From NCBI GenBank assembly GCA_964016885.1, contig OZ024741.1:109120001-109184000 (forward strand): a stretch of DNA of 64,000 nt. The letters are read 5' to 3'. Below, in pieces: positions 35,906 through 48,903 of this stretch. Made by a program: the position numbers and the translations under genes. The stretch's first letter is position 1. The number at the start of each line of letters is the position of its first letter. The notes under the pieces were generated by a model. That model did no database searches. It was given only the letters and a program-made list of their open reading frames with translations, and was not told the DNA's origin. The stretch is from Eledone cirrhosa. Its lineage: Eukaryota.

Positions 35906-37293
35906 TAACAAAGTCAATCTGTAAACGAAGAAGTGGATATTTCAAAAAACGTTGCAACCGGAGGAAGACAGGAAGACGATACATTGGTTCGTGGAAACGT
36001 TCGCTGGCAAAGAACTGGAAAAAACGAATAAGATACGTCATTAATAGGAGCGGTGAAAAACAATTACGCGCAAAGACATAACCACGTTTATGGTATAAAA
36101 GAGGTCGTAGACTAATGTTCTCTTAGGTGGTTCATAGAGACGTTCTCTGGCAATGAACGAAAAAACCGAAGATAATACGTCATATGTGGACCGTGGAGAA
36201 CAATAGCACGCAAAGACAAAACCACGTAAATAGTATAGCAGAAGTCGTAGACTAAAATTCTAACTAGGAGACCGAATGAAACTCCGCTACAGAGTTAAGA
36301 ACAAAGTAAATAAATACAATACAGAAGTAATAGAAATAAATAAATACATACACGCAAACAAATACGTACATACACAAGCATACGCAAAACACTTACCATG
36401 GGTATACAAAACCACGCACATATAAATATGTGTGTGTATGCGTGTATACAAATAAATAAATAAATAATTATATAAACGTATATAAATAAATAAATACGTA
36501 AATAACAAGCGCACACACATACCTACATGTAAATACACGAATGTTCGGAGACGTAAGTCAACTAAAACATGAAGTACACATATACACACACCCTACATAC
36601 GTACAAACCTGCATACTCACACAGACGCAAAACTCCCGTATACACATAGCCAAACCATATGTACCAGAATAAAAAAAATAAAAAAAGTTTATACGCCATA
36701 ACATAAACAATGAAATATACGTACGAGAAGGTTTACGTACCTTCACAAAACATATTTGATATATATTTATCCTTATCGAGCCCTCTTTGGATTTTAGTCT
36801 TGAAATTTATTATTATATTTTTGCGGATATAAAGGTTATCTCCCTTGCTGAAATCCATGTGCGTATTTTTAGCCTGGGTCTTGTCTTTTCATCCATTCGG
36901 ACAAAGCTCGTTGATGAAGTAACTCCAGTCCCCCGTTTGTCTGTAAGTCTTATATTTTTATGTGAGCTGATAGATGACGGTTTAAGGATTTACAGAAACC
37001 CAAGAAGCTAGATATTCCATCTCTCTAGTGGGTTCGGGTATGCTTTTTACATTCATTTCATTTATTGATTTATTGGTAATTTATCTGAGTGTCCCGAATC
37101 TTCCATATCGAACTTTTCGGTTATTTGGTTGATTGTAGACATATTCTACGTGTGACGGTATTTTAACGATAGTTATAGCTCTGATTTATTTTAATTATAG
37201 AGCCCTCTGCCGCTCATCTCGAATTTTGTTTATCGTGAACTCGTGCGCCGATTTTTCGATACTCGATTATTCTACTATATATATATATATATA

Positions 37294-37453
37294 GGAAAAT
37301 GTTTAACCCCGACGGCATAGCTCGAGCCGTTTCGACGGCTATTTCAGGTCTGCTGTCGGGGTTAAACTTTCTTCTATTACCCACTCTATTACCCTAAATA
37401 TTGAGTACTCTGGTGCATTATGGACCATCTGGTTCTTTACTACACCTCCTTCG

Positions 37454-37456
<3 letters not shown>
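37294..37456 (+). mobile_element. Family A short PLE-end element, internally deleted fold-back
   Basis: GGAAAATGTTTAACCCCGACGGC...GTCGGGGTTAAAC plus the family tail ending CCTTCGTTA; (TA)n on both sides. Confidence 0.8.
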
Positions 37457-37487
<31 letters not shown>

Positions 37488-37698
37488 CGTTTCTGAATTT
37501 GTTTTGCAAGATTCTTTATATGAAAACGTGTGTTGAAACCGATATTGTTATACTTTGGGAGGGTCATGTAGCCAATAAGAAACACACGCACCAGTTGCTT
37601 TCACTTCAATTTATTATAAATTAAATTTATAAATTTAGGAATTTATGAAATTTGCGGTTGGTTGTTTGGTTCCACAACCAGACGATTGTTAATATATT

Positions 37699-37741
37699 GT
37701 CAAAGTTCTTTCGTCACACATTATGTGATCTCTTCAGTGAC
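37699..37741 (-). ncRNA. Minimal hammerhead ribozyme (left arm)
   Basis: GTCA-CTGAAGA-GaTCACA taatg TGTGAC-GAAAG-aa-CTT-TGAC. Confidence 0.75.
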
Positions 37742-37976
37742 TGGGGATTCTTTTCTTTGTTTTTGTGCCTCTCCTTTGTTCTGTCCTACGCCATCTTGTG
37801 TTTGTGTGTGTTGTGTGCTTAGTTTGCGCATGTGTTACATCCGGGTGTCTGTGTGTGTTTATATTTGTTTATTTATTTGTTTATTTACATGTTACTTGTT
37901 GGTTGTTTGTTCTATGTGTGTGTGTGTTTTCATTGTTTCCTTAATTGTAATTTGTGATTGAAAGAAAAGAATCCCA

Positions 37977-38019
37977 GTCACTGAAGAGGTCACAGAATGT
38001 GTGACGAAAGAACTTTGAC
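37977..38019 (+). ncRNA. Minimal hammerhead ribozyme (right arm)
   Basis: GTCA-CTGAAGA-gGTCACA gaatg TGTGAC-GAAAG-aa-CTT-TGAC. Confidence 0.75.
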
Positions 38020-38180
38020 AATATATGGACAATCGTCTGGTTGTGGAACCAACCAACCGTAAATTTATAAATTCCTAAATTTATAAATTTAATTTATAAT
38101 AAATTGAAGTGAAAGCAACTGGTGCGTGTGGTTCTTATTGGCAACATGACCCTCCCAAAGTATAACAATATATATATATA

Positions 38181-38223
<43 letters not shown>

Positions 38224-38509
38224 GGAAGTACAGCATATTAAAAGCCAGAGCCTCAGCTAAGCCGACGAATGCTTTCAGCAATGCAGCCAAGCACTCGACA
38301 AGGTATAGGACTCAGAGTAATAACATACAGTTTAAAGGGATTTGCAAAATCACATGTACACATATATATACACATACGCATGAACATACACACACATACG
38401 AAGACAAACCAATACGCACGTACACCATACATGTAATTCAGTCGTGGCTCGTAGCAACGACAGAACTGACTCGTGAGAAAAAGATTCATACACATATACA
38501 TACATGTAC

Positions 38510-38567
<58 letters not shown>

Positions 38568-38632
38568 GTATATGGTATAACAAGTTTTCGTTTTAGGTAA
38601 GCCAGTTAGAGGCCGTGAGTAATCTGTACTAT

Positions 38633-38717
<85 letters not shown>

Positions 38718-38719
38718 AA

Positions 38720-38814
38720 TATTCCGATGATTTGATCAGAGAGACACACTGTATTTAAGGTCGAGTAACGCAACGGCCTTTAGACTCACCCGAACAATGA
38801 AACAATTGTTAATA
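38720..38814 (+). ncRNA. Decayed hammerhead-like motif
   Basis: TATT-CCGATGA-...-GAAAC-AATT-GTT-AATA. Core U4 is replaced by C and stem II is weak. Confidence 0.45.
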
Positions 38815-38972
38815 CTGTAAATAAAACCCGTTTTGTACAGCCGACCATGTTATTCTTCACTCTTTCTTTCACTATATATATATATATGTAGGAGGTGAGT
38901 TTTATTGTAGCACAATAAAGCAATGCAAATATCGACTAAGTAGCACTCAACAGTTTATAGGACTGGAGTATA

Positions 38973-39152
38973 TATAATATAAAATCAAAAGATGGTTAAA
39001 AGGGTTCCATGTATTTTATTATGCGCATTTCAAAAACAAATATCATCATGGGATGATCTTCGCAAAGATCATCCCATGATGATATTTGTTTTTGAAATGC
39101 GCATAATAAAATACATGGAACCCTTTTAACCATCTTTTGATTTTATATTATA
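38973..39152. repeat. Perfect palindrome, 88-bp arms with a 4-nt loop (CGCA)
   Basis: 38973-39060 is the exact reverse complement of 39065-39152. Each strand contains GAAA-TGCGCA-TA, an HHR 3' half. Confidence 0.92.
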
Positions 39153-39256
39153 TTATATTATATATATATATATACGCTTAAAAATTGAAAGGGAATAAGA
39201 AGAAACCAATAACGGAGGTGGGGGGCCCTCATCAGTTGTCTACTGGGGTACTCTCC

Positions 39257-39302
<46 letters not shown>

Positions 39303-39778
39303 GGAGAGGGGGGTGAGCGAGAGAGTGGGCGGGAGACAAACGGCTGTTAATTATGTTAGCAGTTATTCGAGAATCACATGTACACATATATATACACATA
39401 CGCATGAACATACACACACATACGAAGACAAACCAATACGCACGTACACCATACATGTAAAATAGATGTAAACAAACGAAAGCTGTAAATGGGTATATAT
39501 AAGTAAGTTTCAAATTACTTGGGTTCCTTCTACACACAAACGTCAAACATTCACACAATATGTGAAATAACATAATACGTTTCACCTCGGCTGGATCAAA
39601 TATACACATATGTATGTTGACATATATATCAATTATCTTGCTAATATATATATACACAATTATACTAGTGTATATGTTTATGATTTTAATGCGACTTTCT
39701 GTTCTAGGACAAGATGAAAACTTTTAATTGTGTGAATTATTTAAATTAAAAAAAAAACTTTTTATGGCTTATATAGGT

Positions 39779-39891
<113 letters not shown>

Positions 39892-40576
39892 TGGAAATCA
39901 GTAAAATCGAATCTCTGGTGGTTTGCAAGCAAATTCGGCCTACTATATGAAATGAATTAGCAAAGCACTCGATAAGGTAGGTCCTTAGGGTAATAACATA
40001 CGTTTAAATAGCTTGACAAATTGAACATTGTGGTAGGCAAAATCTAACACACAATATACCAAAGTAACGAAAGAACTAACAGGTTGAGAAAAATACACCT
40101 TGACAAATCAAACGTTATACGTTTAAAGTGTTTCTGTGAATCCAAAATCAAATATCAGACTTACGTAACTGGCAAGCTCGTGGTATTCATGATCGAACAG
40201 AGGATTCAGTTCATCAACTGGTTTTCGTTCTACCAAAGAACGGGGCGAAGGCTAAATGTTGCCGCTAATCTGCAGCGTATCGTATATTTAGTTGTCACGT
40301 GTTATTTCCAGCAAGGGAAATAACCCCCGGTTTTTGGCGGGTAATTCAAAATGTTAAACAAAGGAAATATTTTAATTTACGCTAATCATCGGAATAAGCT
40401 CTCGACCAGATGTTATTAAACAAACACAAATAATTAACCAATCAACAGAATTGTCTAATTAAATTAATTAGTTAATTATTAAATCTAGGAGAATAATATA
40501 ATTGGGTACTTAGTAAAATCGAATCTCTGGCGGTTTGCAAGCAAATTCGGCCTACTATATGAAATATATATATATA

Positions 40577-40775
40577 GGAAAATGTATGACCCCGACGGCA
40601 GAGCTCAAGCCGTTTCGACGGCTATTTCTGAGTCCAGAACTAGCCGTCGAAACGGCTTGAGCCCTGCCGTCGGCGTCATACATTTTCCTATTACCCACTC
40701 TACTACCCTAAGTATTGAGTACTCTGGTACTCTGGTGCGTTATGGTCCATCTGGTTCCTTACCACAACTCCTTCG

Positions 40776-40778
<3 letters not shown>
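40577..40778 (+). mobile_element. Family A fold-back element
   Basis: Palindrome 40577-40688 plus about 90-bp tail, in (TA)n. Confidence 0.85.
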
Positions 40779-40846
<68 letters not shown>

Positions 40847-41176
40847 TATGTATACGTACAAGCATACATGTATACAGACGTACAGTAGTATGTATATACA
40901 TACATACATGTACACACATATATATATATATGTACGTATGGGTTTACCGTGCGCTGGACGTTAGAAGTGGTATGCTAAAAACAATAGCCTTAATACACCC
41001 AACTTATAAGCTCGCCTAGTTAGGGAGCAGAAATACAAATAAAATACAGAGTTACTAACTCATACTGATATCCTGTTTTTAGCATATCCTCGCACACCAC
41101 TTTTAACGTCCAGCGCACGAGGTGAGATATTCATTCGTGTGGCTTTTAGTTGTATGTGCTTGTTCCATGTAATCTT

Positions 41177-41265
41177 ATCTCTCGCTGAGGATAGCCTACG
41201 GTTTATCTGTTACAAACACAATTTTCAGGGCGAAATAGATTAAATCATTAATCTGTCCGAGAGAT
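41177..41265 (+). ncRNA. Type I hammerhead ribozyme
   Basis: ATCTCTCG-CTGAGGA-taGCC...GGC-GAAA-TAGATTAA atca TTAATCTG-TC-CGAGAGAT: 8-bp stem I, long stem III, GUC triplet. Confidence 0.8.
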
Positions 41266-41398
41266 GAAATAGTTATTGAGACGGTCGGTATATATATATA
41301 TATTCTATATCTTCCGTTTGCTTCAGGTTAAATTTATCAAACCAATGTGGTACTTCTACCCTCGTAATTTTAGACACACAATTTACTGTGTTTATTTC

Positions 41399-41441
<43 letters not shown>

Positions 41442-41568
41442 AGGGTAAACATTGATGCAATTCAATTCAAGCACTCAACGTACTTTTTCCACGTAGGAGT
41501 GACGAAGTAAATATCGAATAAGGAAAAGCGAAGTAGTTTCAGATGTTCAAGTCCTTTAATAATAATGC

Positions 41569-41638
41569 TGTGATATATATTTCAATGACGACACTGGCCA
41601 CACTGTTCTGTGTGCGAGTGTCGTGTCATCATCAGACA
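41569..41638 (-). ncRNA. Type I hammerhead ribozyme
   Basis: TGT-CTGATGA-TGAC..GACACT...AGTGTC-GTCA-tt-GAAA-TATATA-TC-ACA; AUC triplet. Confidence 0.7.
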
Positions 41639-43360
41639 TCTGAAACTACTTCGCTTTTCCTTATTCTATATATATATATATATATATATACATATATATA
41701 TACATATATATATATATATGTGTGTGTGTGTATGTGTAGAAATAAACACAGTAAATTATATATATATATATATATCCGCCTTAGGGCCGAACGACACACC
41801 ATTTTCTCCCTACAGACACACACACGCCGGCCTGAACTCCCCCCCCCCCTTCTTTTATCCTTCGAGTGTCCCCCCTCCCCGTCCCCTACACACACCCGCT
41901 ACTAACACCACTAAAACACTCCCAAGATTCACCACCATCCCCTCAAACTTCCAGCCACTCCCACCCCCTTGGACCACCCCACAACTAATAATACTAACAA
42001 CCCCCACCCCCTCCCCATCACACGTGCACCCATACCCCCAACACGCACACATCAGTACATATATACACTCACACTATTCACACACCCTACTACAACCACT
42101 AACCCCCACCCACACATCCACATCCGACCACCCCACCACTAATAATACTAAACATCCCCCAACCTACCTTCCTCCTCACTACACAGCCACATCCGACCAC
42201 CCCACCACTAATAATACTAAACATCCCCCAACCTTCCTTCCTCCTCACTACACATACACACGAACACACACCAGCATACATACACTCAACCACATCCACG
42301 TACACACCGATACACAACCCACTCCACACGCACACTACCACCACTACCAACCCACACCAACACACCCGTTTTCGACCCCCTGCCACTAATAATACTAACA
42401 CCCACCCTACCACACACCAGTATATTACACTCACTCATACTGTACCCAGCACCTTCTCTCTTTCCCCCGTACTACCAACACCCCCCACACACCCTACTAA
42501 CACCTCTACTAATATACACACAACCCCCCCACACACATACACCGCCACCCTCTCCTCAACTTTTCACACTAACCCAACTCCTCTCCTGTCCACCGCACCT
42601 CCGCACACACACACACAATCCACCCACACATACAGACCATCCCTGCCTGTCGTCCTCTCGCCTGCCTGTCATCCTCTCGCTTGTCTGACATCCTCCTAAC
42701 ATTCATCGCCATGCCTTCTCCACCGCCTGCTTTGACCTTCTTGGCCACTCCCTGTTGCGCGCGTGCCCCACAACTCTCTACCTCCTCTGCACCATTCCAC
42801 GGATACTACACCACTGGTCACACGCTCTAGACATCCACCTTTGTATATTCGGATTTTTTCACCATTTCTCCACACACTCACCGGGAAAACATTCAGGAAC
42901 ACACACACAGACAAACATTTACACTATTTTCGCACACACGCAACCATACATTCTCACATATCCACACCACACAAACACACACACATGTGCGCATCCTCAC
43001 ATACACATACTCGCCCTCCGGACTCCGCACGCCCCCTCTCCCCCACCCCATCTACACACTTGTTTTCCTATTACCCGAACATGGAACATCGTTCTTCCCC
43101 AAACTCTCACACTCACATCCACACATACACACACGTACACCTACATACATACACGCACACCACCTTCCGCCCTCCCTGCTCGGACCCCTGTTTCCTTCTC
43201 CCTTCTCCCCCCTCCATCCACCCACCACCACATCTACACGCCTCACGCACTTTCACCACTTGTCTTCATTTTAATTTTTTTTCCTTTAGTCCCCTCCCTT
43301 TTTAATGTCTTTCCACCACTCCCCCTCACACCTTCGGAACTCTTTTCCTTCCAAATTTTC

Positions 43361-43392
43361 TCCTGATGAAGGGCTTATGCCCGAAACGTCGT
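43361..43392 (+). ncRNA. Minimal hammerhead at the 3' end of a C/A-rich PLE-like tract (about 41780-43430)
   Basis: CTGATGA-aGGGC ttat GCCC-GAAAC-GTC, the typical PLE minimal HHR. Stem I is poor. Confidence 0.7.
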
Positions 43393-43699
43393 TCCCCCAC
43401 CCCTCACTCTCAAGCGTGAACCTAATACTAACACATGCAATTGGAGGAGGAATGGAAGGAAGTGTTCCAACTGCAACAATTTCATCCTCCTTTCATGCGT
43501 CAAACTCACCCGATGAGCGTTGGAAGTCCTGCATCGGTGGTACTGACTGCGATGCTGAACCATTCAGCACAGTTGGACATAGATTCAGCACAGAATGTAC
43601 TGCATTCTATGTTATTGTTTTTTTTTTGTTTTTTTAACTTCTATATACATATATATATATATATACACAATTCAAGAGTAACCAATCTTAAAGAGAGAG

Positions 43700-44400
43700 A
43701 TGGAGATAGGAGAGGAGAAGAGAGATTGGTGAATTAGTTAGAAGCCAAAGCGTAAAGGCATGTGCTCAATGTACAAGACGCCTGAGGTCTCCATGGCGAG
43801 ATGTGCAAAGAGAAAGCGATCAGTCAAGCCCTAGTATTTGTCTATCTTCCTCTCCTCCACATTGCGGGTAGCGGAACCCGGGTTTGTGGCTGAAGCGACA
43901 AGGCTGGTGGTGGGGTACGAGTCGCTGCACGTCGCATCCCAAATTGTGAATTTTCCCCTGAACCATATATTCAAGGAGGGGACCGATCCCTTTCCGCCAT
44001 CGAGATCCTAAGTACGAACGACACGAAACTAAAGAGCCTTATGGGCTGTTTGTGTTGAGCGCCTGATGATAACTTTCCGCGACTGTCTGAGACGGGAGAT
44101 CATTACCAAAACCTCTTCCGTGTTGAGTGTGGTTAAGATCTCATTCTGTGCTGAATCTATGTCCAACTGTGCTGAATGGTTCAGCATCGCAGTCAGTACC
44201 ACCGATGCAGGACTTCCAACGCTCATCGGGTGAGTTTGACGCATGAAAGGAGGATGAAATTGTTGCAGTTGGAACACTTCCTTCCATTCCTCCTCCAATT
44301 GCATGTGATACACGAGCGAAATTGCTTGAATTTTGGTGGGGTGGGGTTGGTGGCTCGAACTCATCCAGAGGTGGAGTGAGTGATGTGGCTAGATTCGGCT
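43700..44400 (-). mobile_element. Decayed, internally deleted CRE-like non-LTR element (PHD finger + restriction-like endonuclease, no RT)
   Basis: Hand translation gives CITC...KCSNCNNFILLSC...RWY*LRC (PHD pattern) and IWFRGKFTIWDATCSDSY...EERKIDKY*GLTDRFLFAHLAMETSG (CRE-type RLE). Boundaries approximate. Confidence 0.65.
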
Positions 44401-44850
44401 GCAGCCGTAACTAGGATTATGGAGCAAGTAGTGCTGAAGGACGAGGTGCTACATCAAAGGGGAAGAAAGAGGGAGCGATGGATAAACAGTGAGAGTAAGA
44501 TTGGGTGGAGGAGATAAATGGTGTAAAAGAAAGAAGGAAGAGAGAAATTGTAACTGAAAAATAATTTTGAAATATACCTAAAACTGAAAGAAGCTTATCG
44601 AACGGACATTCAAACGAGAAAACAAAAAAATATTAATTAATTGTCCATGTAGTTAATAGTTCATAGTAAAAATGATGTTCATTTTCCTCGTATGTATGTT
44701 ATTTTTTTCATTTTATCCATACTGTTGAATACGTGGATCGGAATTCGGTACTATTGTTTTGGATGTTGTTGTGGTATCTTGTAAATGCAGTTGTGTGTAA
44801 AAAGAAATTGTGTTCGTTTCGGAAATAATAGTATTATATTTACTGTAAAA

Positions 44851-45069
44851 TGGCGGTGAATGGCAGCATCGGTAGAAAGTCGGACACCATGCATTGCAGC
44901 CTAGAGTTACGGCCCTTTACGGTCTGAGTTCAAATTCCGCTGAGGTTAACTTTGCCTTTCATCCTTACGGGGACGATAAAATAAAGTGCCAGTAACGTAC
45001 CGGGGTCGATTTAATCGACTTCCCCTCCCCCCAAATTACTGGCCCTGTGCCTATACTAGAAATCATTAT
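44851..45069 (+). mobile_element. tRNA-derived SINE, near full length
   Basis: A-box-like TGGCAGCATCGG, B-box-like GAGTTCAAATTCC, core CTTTGCCTTTCATCCTTACGGGGACGATAAAATAAAG, tail TGGCCCTGTGCCTA. Confidence 0.8.
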
Positions 45070-45909
45070 ATTTACTGTAGAAAGATTTGTATAAGGGAAT
45101 CGAGATTCATGTTGGAGGGACCCTAAGTTAAATTATCCATACCATGTGGTTTTGATTGAAGGGTGTCATCGGAATAATATATTTGTTGTGTTGACGGGCA
45201 GCCAGTGTCAAAACAAAAGAAGGTTGCGTTCAGACATGTTGTATGTTGTTTTCTTTAAAGGAAGTTATGTTCAGATCTTTTGTGTGTTCAATCATGTCGA
45301 GGCCAATATTGTAGCAGAAATATTGGTTTGGTGGTGTACTGGTTGCTATGTTCAAGTTAATTAATAATCCTATTGAATCCAACCGAATTCTCCAGTTTTA
45401 ATTAAAATACAGCGCACGTCATTAGAAATGCAGTCAACGAAAGGCTAAACTATTTCCCTCAACAGTAATACTACGATTTCGCTGCCTGGTCAAAGAATCA
45501 TTATCTTATCAACAACAGGTCAATAATCAGTTTGTAACATCGCATCGACCACAGTGCGGTTTGTATTAGATGGTATATAAATTAATATGTTTATAATAAT
45601 TACATATCAGTGTAACTAGAGTGGAATTTGTCATCTATACGGGGCGAGGAAACCAATTATCCTTAACAGATATTCCGTCTGTTATGATATTCATAAATAT
45701 TATTATCTATGGGCTGTGGATTTTCGGTCATAGATACAAGTTTTTATTTCATTTTCAGTGAGTGATCACACGTGGTTGTGTGCGTTGCTACTGATTTTAA
45801 CAGAGCCATAAAAAAACATATCTACTCAGTCCGATATTGGGAGCGTTCATGTATGTATATATGTATGTATGTATGTATATAAGTATGTTTGTATGGATGT
45901 ATGTATGTA

Positions 45910-46070
45910 AGGCGGGAAATTGGCAGAGTTGTTAAGACTTCCTATAGAATGCTTTACGGTATTCGTCTCACATCATTGCGGGCTCTGAGTTCAAATCGCG
46001 CCGACAACTTTGTTTTTCATCCTTTCGAGGTCGATAAAAAATTACCAGTCCAGTACTGGGGTCGATTTTT
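45910..46070 (+). mobile_element. tRNA-derived SINE copy
   Basis: GAGTTCAAATC...TTTCATCCTTTCGAGGTCGATAAAA. Confidence 0.75.
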
Positions 46071-46321
46071 TATGTATAGAAAAAAATTGGCTGTATTCAG
46101 ACCTGGAGAAGGTTGGGCTCTTCACGATTTAAAAGTGCCCTAGACACGCCGTATGACAGTGCCTCTACGACTCCACAAGGAGTTATGGGATCTTTATCCT
46201 TGTTTATGTATGTATGTAAAAAGTAATCGAGTAAGCAATAATAGGAGAATAATATTATACAATGCATAGATATATTTGTTTAACGCTTGATATAGTAGCA
46301 ATATATATATATATATATATA

Positions 46322-46511
46322 GGAACGAGTAGGACCCCGACGGCTGAGCTCAAGCCGTTTCGACGGCTAATTCGAGTCCAGAATTAGCCGTCGAAACGGC
46401 TTGAGCTCAGCCGTCGGGGTCCTACTCGTTCCTATTACCCACTCTACTACCCTAAGTATTGAGTACTTTGGTGCATTATGGTCCACCTGGTTCCTTACCA
46501 CATTTCCTTCG

Positions 46512-46514
<3 letters not shown>
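46322..46514 (+). mobile_element. Family A fold-back element
   Basis: Perfect palindrome 46322-46432 plus tail, in (TA)n. Confidence 0.85.
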
Positions 46515-46548
<34 letters not shown>

Positions 46549-47264
46549 CAATATATATATATATATATATGACAGGAGTTGTATCTTAAATCTATACGAA
46601 ATCTTCATGTATAGTAAGCATCCTTGTAGACGAGCTATGAATTTTACAATGCTGTGATCATGTCACCGTTTCTGAATCTTTAACCGTCATCAGTGAGGGC
46701 TACTCATTGTTTTGCTAAGATGAAATAAGCTGAAAGTTTATAGTTTTTATGGTTATGAACATCAGCTGATGAAACTCAATTGAATACAAGTAACAATAAA
46801 ATAATAAAACATACGCGACAATATTACACCATTCTGTTATAGTGATCAGTTCACTAGTCTCTATGATTTCCCTATCTATTTTTAAATCCTGAGCAGTCAT
46901 GGGTAGACTGCGGTTCGTTTGGCTTCCTGAAGGACACGTTTAATTATGAATCATTTGAAATCTTATAGTTGTGCAGCCTGCCTTATAAAGAGACATATCT
47001 CATGCTACCTACTGTTCGTGAAAGATTAGAATTTGGATTCTACTCGTTCTTAATGTGGTTTCATGAATTAAAGAATTTCAAGAATTAAACTTTCGCTCAC
47101 CGCAACACAATGTACAGTTATCTTCACCGCAGACAATAATAATGCCTTTGTGTGAGTTTGAGTTCATTCGTGGGCGAGCGTGTATGTGTGGGTGTGTGAG
47201 CCTGTATGCGTGAGTGTGTGTGTTTTTATGGGCATTTTTATTTTGCTTTTTTGTAATACAATAA

Positions 47265-47445
47265 TTGTTTCTACTTTAGGCACAAGGCCAGCAATTAACC
47301 AGTACATTACTGGTACTTTATTTTATCGACCCCGGAAGGATGAAAGGCAAAGTTAACCTCGGCGGTATTTGAACTCAGACTGTAAAGGGACGTAACTATG
47401 CTAGAAAGCATGGCGTCCGACTCTCTACCGATACTGCCAATTCCC
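47265..47445 (-). mobile_element. tRNA-derived SINE copy
   Basis: Reverse complement of the same SINE core. Confidence 0.78.
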
Positions 47446-48074
47446 CTACAATAATGCTTGATAAAAATCCACATACACGTGTCTGACATTCTCACACGGC
47501 TGCTGATATGAAATAATCAAATCTTAGAATATTCATAGTGGAGATCTTATATATTTAACTATACATAAACATCGTATAAGTCTTCCTTTACGTCTTGATA
47601 GTAAACGAAGCTGTTGGTGCTATTGCTTATATATGTGTATATATATTGACGTACAGGTACGTCAATACTCAGCTTTTTCCATTTCTTTGGGGGTTCGAAG
47701 CCCTACTATCAGGCTGAAATTCCTTACTTTTGCTTATAACTTCGTACTTACATGCACACACACTCTTTTACTCATATATACACACACATTTCTTCTTAGC
47801 TTCGTATGGACGTATAATAACACACACACACACACACACACACATGTTTACGCACGTGCACAAGTGTAGCTCTTTTTACAAGACGTTTTTTTTTTCCATT
47901 TCAGGTAGACGCGCTCCATCATCCTTTTTTCTAAAAAATAAATCATACACAAAACGCCAGCACCAACAGTTTTGCAAGAGATGTCAACATGAATGGACCT
48001 GTTATTTTTATCTAAAGACATTTTTTCCAATTTCAACCCGCCCGTCTCCTCAATCTATCTTATTTCTCAATCTT

Positions 48075-48110
48075 TCTTCTGACGAAGGGCTAGCGTCCAA
48101 AACGTTAAGA
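48075..48110 (+). ncRNA. Decayed minimal hammerhead
   Basis: TCTT-CTGACGA-aGGGC..GTCC-AAAAC-GTT-AAGA; G12 is replaced by A. Confidence 0.55.
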
Positions 48111-48148
48111 CCCCCTTCCTGCTATATCAACACACACATATATATATT

Positions 48149-48250
<102 letters not shown>

Positions 48251-48336
48251 GGTGTGTAAAAGGTAAACAGAAATAACAACACAGTCGGTACATGGAAGGG
48301 ATATATTAGGTTAACGCTTGATATAGCAGGAAGAGG

Positions 48337-48380
<44 letters not shown>

Positions 48381-48871
48381 TATAGAAATAGCTTCTACAG
48401 GACTAGAACTGTTTCATTCTATATTAAATATTTATACTCTGCTATGTATTGAGTACCTTACTTACTGTGGTTACCCCAATTGAACCCGGGATAAACTTAT
48501 ATATATATATGAATGTATGTATAGTATATTTGGCAATATACCGTATGTTCAATTAAAAACATTTTGAAGACAGAGTACCTGTGTGTGTGTATCTGCCTGT
48601 CTATAAGTGTGCCTGTGTTTGTAACCTTCTAGACAGTTACTTAAAAAGATAATAAATACTATATCATTCAGATATAATAATTATGAATCTATAAGTTAGT
48701 TTATAATGTAGTTGATACATACATTAATTCATACATAGATACATACATATAGACATACATGTGTACGCATATACATATATACACTTTTACATACATATAT
48801 ATATATACATACACACACACATACACACACATACATACAAACATACATACATCCATACATACATACATACA

Positions 48872-48903
<32 letters not shown>

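Larger units (their letters stand above)
37486..38171. mobile_element. Inverted-repeat element, family B, with a hammerhead in each arm
   Basis: Arms 37542-37758 and 37961-38171, about 200-bp spacer, (TA)n on both sides. Confidence 0.85.

Noticed and set aside
41610-43366. Long P/T/H-rich ORFs (259 and 203 aa)
   Set aside because: C/A-rich low-complexity sequence upstream of an HHR; no domain, and stop codons are rare by composition.
44172-44230. TGA at a PHD cysteine position as selenocysteine
   Set aside because: Other stops and loss of the PHD His in the same stretch indicate ordinary decay.
46655-46710. Minus-strand CTGATGA...GAAAC motif
   Set aside because: Weak stem II and no clear cleavage triplet or stem I.
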